From Patescibacteria group bacterium (GTDB taxonomy: Bacteria > Patescibacteriota > Patescibacteriia > PEXW01), in the NCBI GenBank assembly GCA_041671325.1, contig JBAZBR010000001.1:415504-479503 (forward strand): a DNA stretch of 64,000 nucleotides, written 5' to 3'. The number at the start of each line of letters is the position of its first letter. Position 1 is the first letter of the stretch. The notes under the pieces are model-generated. The model saw only the letters and a program-made list of their open reading frames with translations, was not told where the DNA came from and did no database searches. Of the stretch, positions 30,487 through 39,597 are shown one piece after another. The position numbers and the translations under genes are program-made.

Positions 30487-31409
30487 TGTTTTATTAAATC
30501 ATTAAAATATTGATAAGTTTTACTTAAGCCATCTTCAAATATTATTTGGGGTTCCCAGCCTAATTCATCTTTAGCTTTTTGGTAATCTAAAATACTTCTT
30601 ATTATTTCTCCAGGCATTGGTTCTTTGTGTTCAAATAAAACATCTTGGGAATGGTTCTTCTTGATTAGTTCTATAATGCCCAAAACGCTTAATTCCTTCC
30701 TAGTGCTGATATTATAGACCTCATTTTTACCATTTTCTATGGCTGCTAAAAAAGCCCTAACTACATCTTGGACATAAACATAATCCCGGGTTTGCTTGCC
30801 ATCGCCATTCACAAACAAAGTTTCTTTGGCGATTGCTCTTTTGCAGAAAATGGCAACCACTCCGGCTTCTCCATAAGGGTCTTGCCTGGGCCCATAAACA
30901 TTGGATAATCGTAATACGGTATATTGTAAATTATTCAATTTACCAAGCAATTCAAGATATTTTTCAGAAGTTAATTTTGCCAAGCCATATGGCGATTCCG
31001 GAGTTGCAAGTTCAGTTTCCTTGGCTGGTAATTCAACCCCTTCGCCGTACATGGCACCGCCGGTTGAGGCAAAAACAAATTTTTTTATACCAGTTGAAAA
31101 ACAAGTCTCTAAAAGCTTTAAAATTCCAATAATATTGATATCCGCATCATAGCTTGGTTTGCGAAGAGAATCCCTGACGCTTTTTTGAGCAGCCAGGTGA
31201 AATACTACTTCGGGTTTGAAATTTTTAATTTCTTCTTGGGTTTTATCATCACGTATATCGCCTTGATAAAAAATAGCTTTGGGATTAATAAATTCCTTTT
31301 TGCCTGTTGATAAATCATCCACAATTAAAACCTCTTCACCTTTTAAAATTAATGCGTCAACTAAATGTGAACCTATAAAACCTGCACCACCAGTAACTAA
31401 AATTTTCAT
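30483..31409 (-). CDS. UDP-hexose 4-epimerase family protein (GalE/WbpP/TviC-like)
   Basis: ILVTGGAGFIGSHLV and YGLAK. Directly downstream of the dehydrogenase, as in the tviB-tviC and wbpO-wbpP pairs. Confidence 0.78.
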   Translation of the reverse strand: MKILVTGGAGFIGSHLVDALILKGEEVLIVDDLSTGKKEFINPKAIFYQGDIRDDKTQEEIKNFKPEVVFHLAAQKSVRDSLRKPSYDADINIIGILKLLETCFSTGIKKFVFASTGGAMYGEGVELPAKETELATPESPYGLAKLTSEKYLELLGKLNNLQYTVLRLSNVYGPRQDPYGEAGVVAIFCKRAIAKETLFVNGDGKQTRDYVYVQDVVRAFLAAIENGKNEVYNISTRKELSVLGIIELIKKNHSQDVLFEHKEPMPGEIIRSILDYQKAKDELGWEPQIIFEDGLSKTYQYFNDLIKQ

Positions 31410-31439
31410 TGATGCCCCCTCTCCTGCCCTTCGACTCGC

Positions 31440-31545
31440 TCCGCTCGCTCAGGACATCCTCTCCCGCGTGGGGAGAGGAGGAATCCAATTACACTAAACC
31501 ACCCTCTCTCCACTGGTGGGAGAGAGTTGGAGAGAGGGGGAAAAT
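31440..31545. repeat. Pair of GC-rich palindromic hairpins (REP/terminator-like) in an otherwise AT-rich spacer
   Basis: cctctccc-gcgt-ggggagagg and ccctctctcc-(17 nt)-ggagagaggg. Related copies occur at ~41583-41612 and ~44283-44325. Confidence 0.6.
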
Positions 31546-31560
31546 AACTAATAAAATTCA

Positions 31561-32580
31561 TCATTCTTCTGGTTGGTAAGAGATGACCCGACTGGCCTTC
31601 ATGGCTTCAATAGTCTTGGCTAAACCATCTTCCAAAGGAATTGTCGGAAACCAGCCTAATATATCTTTTGCTAATCTGATGTCTGGCGAACCTTGCTTAT
31701 GACTGTAGAGATGAGCTTCAACATGTTCAATTGTGCTAGTGCTTTGGGTCAAGGCTAAAATTTTCTCTGCGACCGTAGCTAACAACACTGGCTCAGGACT
31801 GCCTAAATTGATTGGTCCACCTTCAGTGGATTTCATCATTTTTAATATTCCATCAATCATATCAGTAAAAAAACAAAAGGTGCCCAAAGAATCTGGCTTG
31901 CCATAAATTTTTAAATTTTCACCCTTTAATGCATTTTTAACTAAATCAGGAATGAACCGCCCATCATTCAAATTCATTCTGGGTCCGTAAGTCGTAAATA
32001 TCCTCACCACCTTAGCATCGAGTTCTTTATGATTTCGATAGTTGATAGTCAAGCTTTCGGCGAACCTTTTGCCTTCGTTATAACAGCTTCTGGGACCAAT
32101 AGGATCGATAAAACCCCAATAATCTTCACGAAAAGGCTGGGAATCAACCGGCTCACCATATATGGCTGAAGAAGAAGTAAGAAGATATTTGGATTGGTAT
32201 TGAACTGCTAAATCCAAGAGATATCTGGAAGCAAAGGCGTTTGCTAATAAAGTTTCAATCGGCAGTTTGGAATATTCTTTGGGTGAAGTCGGACAGGCAA
32301 AATTATAAATTTCTTGCACGCCTTGAAAAGCCACTTTAAAAGGCCGCAATTCCGCAAACCTTTCCAAATCCAGGGGTTCGGATAAATCATGCTTGATGAA
32401 TTTAAAATTAGGTAATTGCAGGAGGTGGTTTATATTATCAATTGAACCAGAGCTAAAATTATCCACGCAAATGACTTTATCCTTTTTTACCAATTCATCG
32501 CATAAATGTGAGCCTAAAAATCCCGCGCCGCCGGCTACAAGCACATTTTTGGTTTCAAAGATGGGTCTTTTTGATGTCAT
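31561..32580 (-). CDS. UDP-glucuronate decarboxylase (UDP-xylose synthase-like, UXS/ArnA C-terminal-domain family)
   Basis: VLVAGGAGFLGSHLCD..., VDNF..G, YNEGKR and TYGPRM..NDGR motifs typical of UXS. Confidence 0.78.
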   Translation of the reverse strand: MTSKRPIFETKNVLVAGGAGFLGSHLCDELVKKDKVICVDNFSSGSIDNINHLLQLPNFKFIKHDLSEPLDLERFAELRPFKVAFQGVQEIYNFACPTSPKEYSKLPIETLLANAFASRYLLDLAVQYQSKYLLTSSSAIYGEPVDSQPFREDYWGFIDPIGPRSCYNEGKRFAESLTINYRNHKELDAKVVRIFTTYGPRMNLNDGRFIPDLVKNALKGENLKIYGKPDSLGTFCFFTDMIDGILKMMKSTEGGPINLGSPEPVLLATVAEKILALTQSTSTIEHVEAHLYSHKQGSPDIRLAKDILGWFPTIPLEDGLAKTIEAMKASRVISYQPEE

Positions 32581-33302
32581 ATATTTTGAGCAAAAAATGG
32601 AAGAAATCGAAATCTTAATTTTATGAGGGTTAAAAGCATTATCAAACTTGTTTTAATTAATTTGGCTGGATTTCCAACAATAACCGAGTCTGAACGGTCA
32701 AACCAATGGGTCGGGTATTCGACTATCCTGGCCTTAAAATGCCTGGCTAAAAGCAAAAGCTCAACGTCAAAAGCAGTATCATTAACTTTTGAAAAAGCCA
32801 AAATTTTCTCCAGTAATTCTTTAGTAAAAATTTTAGCCCCGCATTGGGTATCGTAATAAGGCAGCCAAAAAAGGATTTTAACTATTTTCGAAAAAATAAT
32901 GCCTGCCAATTTTCTTAAGCGAGTCCGATTTTCGACAGTTGCCCCCGGCGCCAAACGGGATGCAATCACGCCATCAGCATCCTTCATTGCAATTAGCAAT
33001 TTTTTAAATTCCTCCGGACTAGTTGAATAATCCGCATCCAAATAAGCAACAATTGTGCCTGCGGCAAGAGAAAGGCCTTTTCTAACCGCCCGCGCCTTGC
33101 CGACAGGCTCTGGAATTTCATGAACTTTAAGGTTTGGATAATTTTTCTGGAAAGATCTGGCAATTTCAACAGTCCCGTCTTTGCAGCCATTGGGCACAAC
33201 CACAAATTCAAATGAATCCTTGGGGAAAAAACTTAAATAAGCTTTTAAAGTCTTGCTTAATATTTTCTCCTCGTTATAAGCTGGAATGACAATAGAAATC
33301 AT
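32577..33302 (-). CDS. GT2 polyprenol-phosphate glycosyltransferase (GtrB-like)
   Basis: ISIVIPAYNEE...; YLDADYS; followed by a GtrA-family gene. Confidence 0.82.
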   Translation of the reverse strand: MISIVIPAYNEEKILSKTLKAYLSFFPKDSFEFVVVPNGCKDGTVEIARSFQKNYPNLKVHEIPEPVGKARAVRKGLSLAAGTIVAYLDADYSTSPEEFKKLLIAMKDADGVIASRLAPGATVENRTRLRKLAGIIFSKIVKILFWLPYYDTQCGAKIFTKELLEKILAFSKVNDTAFDVELLLLARHFKARIVEYPTHWFDRSDSVIVGNPAKLIKTSLIMLLTLIKLRFRFLPFFAQNI

Positions 33303-33479
33303 TTGTTATTTTAAAAAACACCTCATTTTGGGTGTTTAAACTCTAACACTTTTTGTAATTTTTTGCAAGTTAAACTCCACCTATAAAAGGCGGTTTCGTA
33401 TAGGGACTGGTGCGGAGTAAAACCTCGCAACGTCCTGCTGTGCGGGACTGGTGCGCGGGCGAATAAACCTCAATATTTA

Positions 33480-33911
33480 TTAGTTATTTGAGGGTTTAAA
33501 AGCCCATTTACGGCCGGCTAAAAAATTCCAAATTAAAGCGGCGCCAACTGCTAAAGTTTTGCCCAGTAACCGGGATTGAGTCAGATGATAAACAATGCCT
33601 AAGACTAAAGTGCTTATCCCCAAACTGACAAAATTAATTAAAAGGAAAATGACTACTTGCCTTGCTACCTTGGGTTCTTTTGACTTAAAAGTCCAGTTGC
33701 GGTTAAAGGCAAAGCTGCTGGTAAAACCGCAGGCAAAAGAAATTATATTGGCGATAAGTACATGGGCTTTAAATAAGTCAATCCAGCTGGTTAAGGCAAA
33801 AAAAACTGCCCAATCTATTCCAGTGTTTAAAAATCCAATTATTACGAATTTAGAAAATTGCCGGGTTAAAGGGTGCTGCGCTATTGGGTGTTTTAATAAT
33901 TTATTAAGCAT
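33480..33911 (-). CDS. GtrA-family membrane protein (polyprenol-phosphate-sugar translocation)
   Basis: 143 aa, 4 TM, the FSKFVIIG..NT..DW..F motif. Classic partner of GtrB-like GT2. Confidence 0.82.
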   Translation of the reverse strand: MLNKLLKHPIAQHPLTRQFSKFVIIGFLNTGIDWAVFFALTSWIDLFKAHVLIANIISFACGFTSSFAFNRNWTFKSKEPKVARQVVIFLLINFVSLGISTLVLGIVYHLTQSRLLGKTLAVGAALIWNFLAGRKWAFKPSNN

Positions 33912-33912
33912 T

Positions 33913-36051
33913 TTATTTGACCACTATACTTGCCACCCGCACCCCAGTCTTGGAATTTAAAGTATAAGCTAGGAATTTGACAATTCGTTGCTTGGTTAAA
34001 TTCCTAAAAACCCTGATTTCAGGTTTGGCGCCTTGGCCAGTACCAGTGATAATATCATCTATACCGTCAGAATTAATATCAGCGCTGGCTACATTAACTC
34101 CGCCAGTTTGTGATTTATCATATGCTAACAATTCGCTTAACAGTTTTCCTGAATCGCTGAATACCCTCACTCTTGGCGAACCTTTAATTAAACCGACGAT
34201 TATCTCAATCTTGCCATCTCCATTCACATCACCAGCCGCAATATTTAAGCCTTCTTTAATTTTTAAAGGAAAAGCTCGAAAAGAATTGGCTTGCTTGCCT
34301 TGAATGTCATAAATTGCGACTCTTGGTTCTTTGCTGGCTTTTGAAATTATAATCTCATTCTTACCATCAGCATTGACATCGCCGATGGCTAACCTGACTC
34401 CCCCACTATAACTGGAAGTAAAAGCTGAAAATTGGGAAATTAATAATCCATTCAGATCAAAAATCCTGATGTGGGCTTTACCCGTGTCTGTCCCAGTGAC
34501 TATTTCATCTTTACCGTCTGCGTTAACATCGCCAATGGCCAAGCTGACTCCGCCTTTAAAACTTTTTGCATAAGCATAAAAGCTTGTCAGTTGGTCGCCT
34601 TTTTTATCATAAACTCTGATTGTAGAATCTGCGCCCTTTTGGAAAGCGGTGACAATTTCCATTTGGCCATTGGCATCCAAATCACCTGACGCCACGACTA
34701 CGCCTTTTTGGTTTTTTGAAGAACTCGTGATAAATTGGTTTTGGATTTTTCCGGCTTTAGAATATTCCCTAACTTTAGGCGTATCTCCTGCTTGCGGACT
34801 GGTTAAAATATTAATCTTCTGATTTTGCGCGGCTTTTATCTGGACTAATAAATTTTCTATGGAAAGCCTGCCGCTGCCTAAACTATTTATATAATCAGGA
34901 TTCAAACTGCTGATATCAATGGCTTTTTCTTTTAATATATTTTCAATCTCATCAACCGTTAGGTTCGGAGCCGTAGCCTCTAATAAGGCCGCCGCACCCG
35001 CAACTAAAGGTGAGGCAACTGAAGTGCCATACCAACCGTCACTATTTGTTTCTGTGTAATTCTTGCCTGGCTGGTAAAACAAGGTGCTGTAAATATTTTC
35101 ACCTGGCGCAGAAATGTCTATACATGAGCCATAATTTGAAAAAGTCGACTTAACGTCGTTTTCTCCGACTGAAGCTACGCCAACCACTCCGGAATAACAA
35201 ACTGGGTATTGCGGATCTGTGTCTAAATCTAAATTTTCATTGCCAGCGGCCGCAATTACCAAAACCCCAGCTTTGCGGGCTGACTCAATGGTGGCAGCCA
35301 AAGTCGGGCTGGTGCCAGAACCCACAAAACTTAAATTAATAATTTTCGCTCCGGCATTAACTGCATAGGTTATGCCTTTGGCGACGGTAACCGTATCTCC
35401 CGAGCCGGTGCTGTCTAAAACTCTGACTGGCAAGATCTTTACATTCCAGGCCGTGCCAGTGCCGGCCAGCCCATTATTGCCCCTGGCTCCGATTATTCCG
35501 GCAATAACCGTACCATGGTGGATGCCGGCAGTCGTGGCGCCTTCAGTTACTTGGGGCCTGGGATCATTAGAATTTTCGATAAAATTCCAGCCATGAATAT
35601 CATCAATATAACCGTTAACATCATCATCAAGGCTGTTTGCGGAGGTTTCTTCAGGATTAAGCCAGATATTATCAGCCAAATCAGGGTTGGTGATATCCAC
35701 TCCGGAATCCAAGACTGCCACGGTTATGCTAGAGGCATCGGTTAAAGTATCCCAAGCAATAGGCGCACCGATCTTGCTTAAACCCCATTGCAGGGAATAA
35801 TCCGGATCGTTTGGAATTAAGACAGTCTTATACTTGATATTTTTTTCAACGCGCAGGGCTCCGGGTAGTTTTTTTGCGATTTTCAAGGCTTGGCTTAGAG
35901 TGGGAGCTTTTATTTTTTCTGACTTAATGTTTCCATTTTTTTGCTGGATGACAATATCATAAGCATTTGTCTTGGCTTCTGCGGGCAACACAAAAATAAA
36001 GAATCCTGTGATTACTAAGAACCCCAAAACCGGCCTTAAGTATTTTTTCAT
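33913..36051 (-). CDS. Secreted subtilisin-like serine protease (S8) with C-terminal FG-GAP/VCBS repeat domain
   Basis: Signal peptide; S8 triad motifs VAVLDSGVD, HGTVIAG and GTSVASP; at least five GDVNADGKDEIV-type repeats. Confidence 0.85.
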   Translation of the reverse strand: MKKYLRPVLGFLVITGFFIFVLPAEAKTNAYDIVIQQKNGNIKSEKIKAPTLSQALKIAKKLPGALRVEKNIKYKTVLIPNDPDYSLQWGLSKIGAPIAWDTLTDASSITVAVLDSGVDITNPDLADNIWLNPEETSANSLDDDVNGYIDDIHGWNFIENSNDPRPQVTEGATTAGIHHGTVIAGIIGARGNNGLAGTGTAWNVKILPVRVLDSTGSGDTVTVAKGITYAVNAGAKIINLSFVGSGTSPTLAATIESARKAGVLVIAAAGNENLDLDTDPQYPVCYSGVVGVASVGENDVKSTFSNYGSCIDISAPGENIYSTLFYQPGKNYTETNSDGWYGTSVASPLVAGAAALLEATAPNLTVDEIENILKEKAIDISSLNPDYINSLGSGRLSIENLLVQIKAAQNQKINILTSPQAGDTPKVREYSKAGKIQNQFITSSSKNQKGVVVASGDLDANGQMEIVTAFQKGADSTIRVYDKKGDQLTSFYAYAKSFKGGVSLAIGDVNADGKDEIVTGTDTGKAHIRIFDLNGLLISQFSAFTSSYSGGVRLAIGDVNADGKNEIIISKASKEPRVAIYDIQGKQANSFRAFPLKIKEGLNIAAGDVNGDGKIEIIVGLIKGSPRVRVFSDSGKLLSELLAYDKSQTGGVNVASADINSDGIDDIITGTGQGAKPEIRVFRNLTKQRIVKFLAYTLNSKTGVRVASIVVK

Positions 36052-37319
36052 TTAGCTGTTACGTCTAAAGTAACGGGCAAACTTTCTTCTTTTCCATTTC
36101 TAGAAAACTGGATGGTTATTGTTGCTCTTGCGGACTGTGCTTGAATGATTTCAGCAACTGATAGCGAACCATTGATTTGCTGATCATTAATTTTTTTGAT
36201 TATATCGCCCGACTTCAAGCCAGCGCGTCCAGCCGGAGATTTTGCGCCAACCGCTGGAATATTTGCCGTATCTTCGCTGACTAAAAGCGCACCTATATCA
36301 CCAATATTGGCTGGGCTTAACAATAAGCCTTTCGCAACTTGCAAATCTAAATATTTAACGCCTAAAACGTTCCTGGTTACAGCACCCGTCTTATTGAATG
36401 AATCTAAAGCGTTGCTGATTATGTTCCCAGGAATTACCTCACCGTCTGTGCCGGTATGAATGCCGATTATCTTGCCGGCTAAGGAAAATGTCGAAACGCC
36501 AGGAATTTCTACGGTATTCTGAGTTTGGAAAAAATTGTTCAGCTTTTCGCTGCTTTCAATTAAATCAGCGCGGGTATTAACCCTTTTCATTCTTAATGAA
36601 ATCAGGCCTGTCAAAGCGACATTGATGGATTGGGTAGTGGTTTGGCGGCTAATGTCTAAAACAGTCTGAGGAACAATCAAGGCGCTTGCATCAGCAAAAT
36701 CCAAGGCTGGAAAGCCTTTGCCGCTTATTTTAAACAAGACAATATCTGATGCTGGATCTGGATAAAAAACTTTGGTCAAATATACGGTTTTATCACTGGT
36801 TATAATGGCAATTTCTTTGCTTAAATCTGGTATGGCTTTTCTGGTGGTCACGCCTATTCCGTCTTCAGTCAGTAACGTTCCAATGCCGCGGCGGTCGCCA
36901 GGCAAATAAAGCTGGTCTAATAATGCCGCGTTCTTTTTTACTGGCACTTGCCTGACATAAATTGAAACGACATTTGGAGAGAGCTTGTCAACCACCTCGG
37001 CGTAATTAGTAATGGAGCTTTCTTTCTTGGGCACAGATTTTATCACTGAAATTTCTTGGTTGGTATTCCCAATCCATTTTCCAAGCCATTGCCATTGTTC
37101 TTTACCAAACATAAAAAACATCGCCCCGACCAAACCAGCCAAAAAACTTATTATGACCGTTAAAATTAAAAAACTTGAAGAAAACCGAGTGATGTTTGGC
37201 TTGGTGATGGGCTGGGGTTCTTTCAAAAAAGCTTCCACTTCTGCTTCTTTTTCATCGTTAGCTCGATTTTTTGGAGAAGTAGGAATAGGCTTGGCTTTCA
37301 TAGTTTTTATATAAACCAC
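36048..37319 (-). CDS. Membrane-anchored HtrA-like protein (trypsin-like domain + PDZ domain)
   Basis: N-terminal TM; C-terminal PDZ (GALLVSED...AGLKSGDIIKKINDQQI). The trypsin-like region has D (DIVLFKI) and S (PGVSTFSL). The His motif is not evident (TTRKAI where TNNHVV is expected). Confidence 0.55.
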   Translation of the reverse strand: MVYIKTMKAKPIPTSPKNRANDEKEAEVEAFLKEPQPITKPNITRFSSSFLILTVIISFLAGLVGAMFFMFGKEQWQWLGKWIGNTNQEISVIKSVPKKESSITNYAEVVDKLSPNVVSIYVRQVPVKKNAALLDQLYLPGDRRGIGTLLTEDGIGVTTRKAIPDLSKEIAIITSDKTVYLTKVFYPDPASDIVLFKISGKGFPALDFADASALIVPQTVLDISRQTTTQSINVALTGLISLRMKRVNTRADLIESSEKLNNFFQTQNTVEIPGVSTFSLAGKIIGIHTGTDGEVIPGNIISNALDSFNKTGAVTRNVLGVKYLDLQVAKGLLLSPANIGDIGALLVSEDTANIPAVGAKSPAGRAGLKSGDIIKKINDQQINGSLSVAEIIQAQSARATITIQFSRNGKEESLPVTLDVTAK

Positions 37320-38068
37320 TTAGCAGTGGCTAATAAAAATATTAGCACGAGGGTATAAATTATTAAAGTCCATCGGCTTGCTTGCGGTTTTTCCAAAAGC
37401 TCATTCCTGTATATTTGAACGGCCAGGGTCAAGAAAACCACTAAAAAACCGGCTTTATAAATGGGTAAGATCGGAAACCAGCTTGCTAATAAGAATAATT
37501 GCACGCCAAAAACCACCAAACCAAAACTAAAGACCTTATTGATTTTTTTGGGAGCCTGGAGTAGCCTGCTTAAAAAGTATAACCAAACAAAGATCATAAC
37601 GATAAAAATAATCCCAGTTAACCAGATTGCCAGGTTTACAAAAAGACTAAAGTCAAAAATTGTCTTTAAAGCAAAAAGTAACCCAAAAACTGCAAAAATT
37701 AAAGAAAGATTTAAAAGCGCATTTGTTTGGTAGCGAGCTGGCTGGAATACAAATCGAAAAGTATTTTCCAGATAAAGGTTAGTTAAAAGCACCATACCTA
37801 AACAGATAATGACTTTAAAAAGCAGGGCTTCGGAAAACATTAAAGCGCCAAAGCTAGTTAAAATTGCGAATATTGGAAAAAAAATAAAAGTCATGAAACC
37901 TTGGGGTATATTAATTTTTTTTGTAATCAACCAAAGGGCTAAAAGCGGACCAATTAACGCTAAAACAATAAATATCCAAAATAAATTATAAAATTTAGTG
38001 GTGAAATAATAAATCAAGCCCAAATACGGGATAATGAGCGTTGGTAGTAATCTTAAGAATAAAATCAT
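37307..38068 (-). CDS. Polytopic membrane protein, unknown function
   Basis: 253 aa, about 8 hydrophobic segments, overlaps the upstream gene. Confidence 0.4.
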   Translation of the reverse strand: MILFLRLLPTLIIPYLGLIYYFTTKFYNLFWIFIVLALIGPLLALWLITKKINIPQGFMTFIFFPIFAILTSFGALMFSEALLFKVIICLGMVLLTNLYLENTFRFVFQPARYQTNALLNLSLIFAVFGLLFALKTIFDFSLFVNLAIWLTGIIFIVMIFVWLYFLSRLLQAPKKINKVFSFGLVVFGVQLFLLASWFPILPIYKAGFLVVFLTLAVQIYRNELLEKPQASRWTLIIYTLVLIFLLATAKWFI

Positions 38069-38075
38069 TTTTTTA

Positions 38076-38732
38076 TTAAAAACCTAAAATTAAGTTTCTG
38101 CTTTCTAATTTGACTTGCCGAATTTCAGGAGCGACTTTTAAAATTGGCGACAGTTCCTGGGCTAATAAAATTTTCGTGGGTTCACCAATTAACCAACTGG
38201 GGACTGAAACTTGGCCAAGAAAAGTTTTTGAAACAACAAATTCTAAAGAATTTTCGGCATTTAATATTGGCTGTAAGTAGAGCCTGACGATTGCATTATT
38301 CTTTTTGGGGATTAAAAAAGAAAATTCCATTGTTTGGCTTTCTATCGTTAAATTCGGACGGCTTATCCCCAAGTGCATGCCGGCTATAGAATTTGCAAGT
38401 AGATAAGTCAAACCGCCCTCTGAAAGCCTGAAGTTTTTATTAGTAATATCGGCCTTGGACTGAATGATCAATTCTGGAAAATTCTGGCTTATTGGGCCGA
38501 CAATCCTGATTGGTTCAGGGGCCTGGTAAAAATATTTTGTAAATAATGGAATTTGCCAAAGGCCGGTTCTAGCAACTTGAATAGCAGTCCAAACAACTAA
38601 AACCAATATTATTAATTTTATTAACCTGCCAATAGTAAATTTTGGAACAGGCAAATTGATTCCGGATTTATTAGGCACGGACGACTGAGCTTTAACAGGT
38701 TCGATTCTGGCCATATTTATTCCCCTCCGCAA
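38076..38732 (-). CDS. Hypothetical protein with N-terminal membrane anchor
   Basis: GGAGGGG RBS-like element 8 nt upstream of the ATG; single TM near the N-terminus. Confidence 0.4.
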   Translation of the reverse strand: MRRGINMARIEPVKAQSSVPNKSGINLPVPKFTIGRLIKLIILVLVVWTAIQVARTGLWQIPLFTKYFYQAPEPIRIVGPISQNFPELIIQSKADITNKNFRLSEGGLTYLLANSIAGMHLGISRPNLTIESQTMEFSFLIPKKNNAIVRLYLQPILNAENSLEFVVSKTFLGQVSVPSWLIGEPTKILLAQELSPILKVAPEIRQVKLESRNLILGF

Positions 38733-38865
38733 CTAAAACAGAACCCAAAGATTAGAGTATTCGAGGGGAAGCCTCCGAAGCTTTGAGCGGAGGAGGATAA
38801 AAAGCTACGGGGAATGAACTGCTTTTTGTATCGCTGCGTTAACTCGCAGCTTGCTGTAGGATAGT

Positions 38866-39480
38866 TCATTTTTCGTCTTCCTGTTTATGCGCAATTAAAC
38901 GCCGGAATTGCTCTTCGCCAATGCCTGCTTTAATTTTTTTAATCATTTCCAAAAGCTCATCCGCTGACAATTTGTCTTCGGTCTGCTTTGTTGCCTGGTT
39001 CTGCAATTTAACCAGCAAATCTTGGACTTTAACCGGGCTTCTTACGCCATTTAATTCAAGATTCACATTTGAGCCTGCGGTTTGAATAATAATGGTCCCA
39101 AACTGAAAAATTGTGGCAAAAACGCCTTTGACGCTGTAACTAATGTCTTGGATCTTATTAAAAGCTGCTTCCGAAACAACTTTATGGAAAAGTCCCTTTT
39201 GGTCAACATCAATAACCCTGTCTTTAGTAATGATAAAAGCATTTAAATGATGCAGCCAAAGGGTTCGAAATGCTAAACCTAAGCCAATTATAAATAATAA
39301 TCCAAAAATCAGACTGCCCACCCAGCCCCAACGTAATAAAAGGTAAAGGAAAAAAAAGGGTGCTATAATTAAAATCACGGAAATTAAAGTCGGGAAAAAA
39401 GAGACTATGGGCGAACGCTTGATGACCGCTAAAACCTCTTCTTCTTCTTTAACGTTTTCTAATAATCTTTTTTCAAACAT
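38866..39480 (-). CDS. Bacterial PH-domain (YdbS/YdbT-like) membrane protein
   Basis: Two N-terminal TM helices followed by a PH-like domain ending ...IIIQTAGS. Confidence 0.45.
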   Translation of the reverse strand: MFEKRLLENVKEEEEVLAVIKRSPIVSFFPTLISVILIIAPFFFLYLLLRWGWVGSLIFGLLFIIGLGLAFRTLWLHHLNAFIITKDRVIDVDQKGLFHKVVSEAAFNKIQDISYSVKGVFATIFQFGTIIIQTAGSNVNLELNGVRSPVKVQDLLVKLQNQATKQTEDKLSADELLEMIKKIKAGIGEEQFRRLIAHKQEDEK

Positions 39481-39597
39481 AATTTATATGAAAAAAAAGC
39501 GAATTGTAAAACTATTGTGGATTATCATCGTAATTATCGGGACCTTAAGTATGATATTTTTTACCATGCTCGGCATGTTTGGCATGGGGCAGACATT

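Noticed and set aside
30005-31497. Plus-strand ORFs (30005-30322, 30833-31132, 30901-31152, 31279-31497) opposite the dehydrogenase/epimerase genes
   Set aside because: Antisense to well-supported SDR and dehydrogenase genes. The last one merely translates the GC-rich hairpin repeats.
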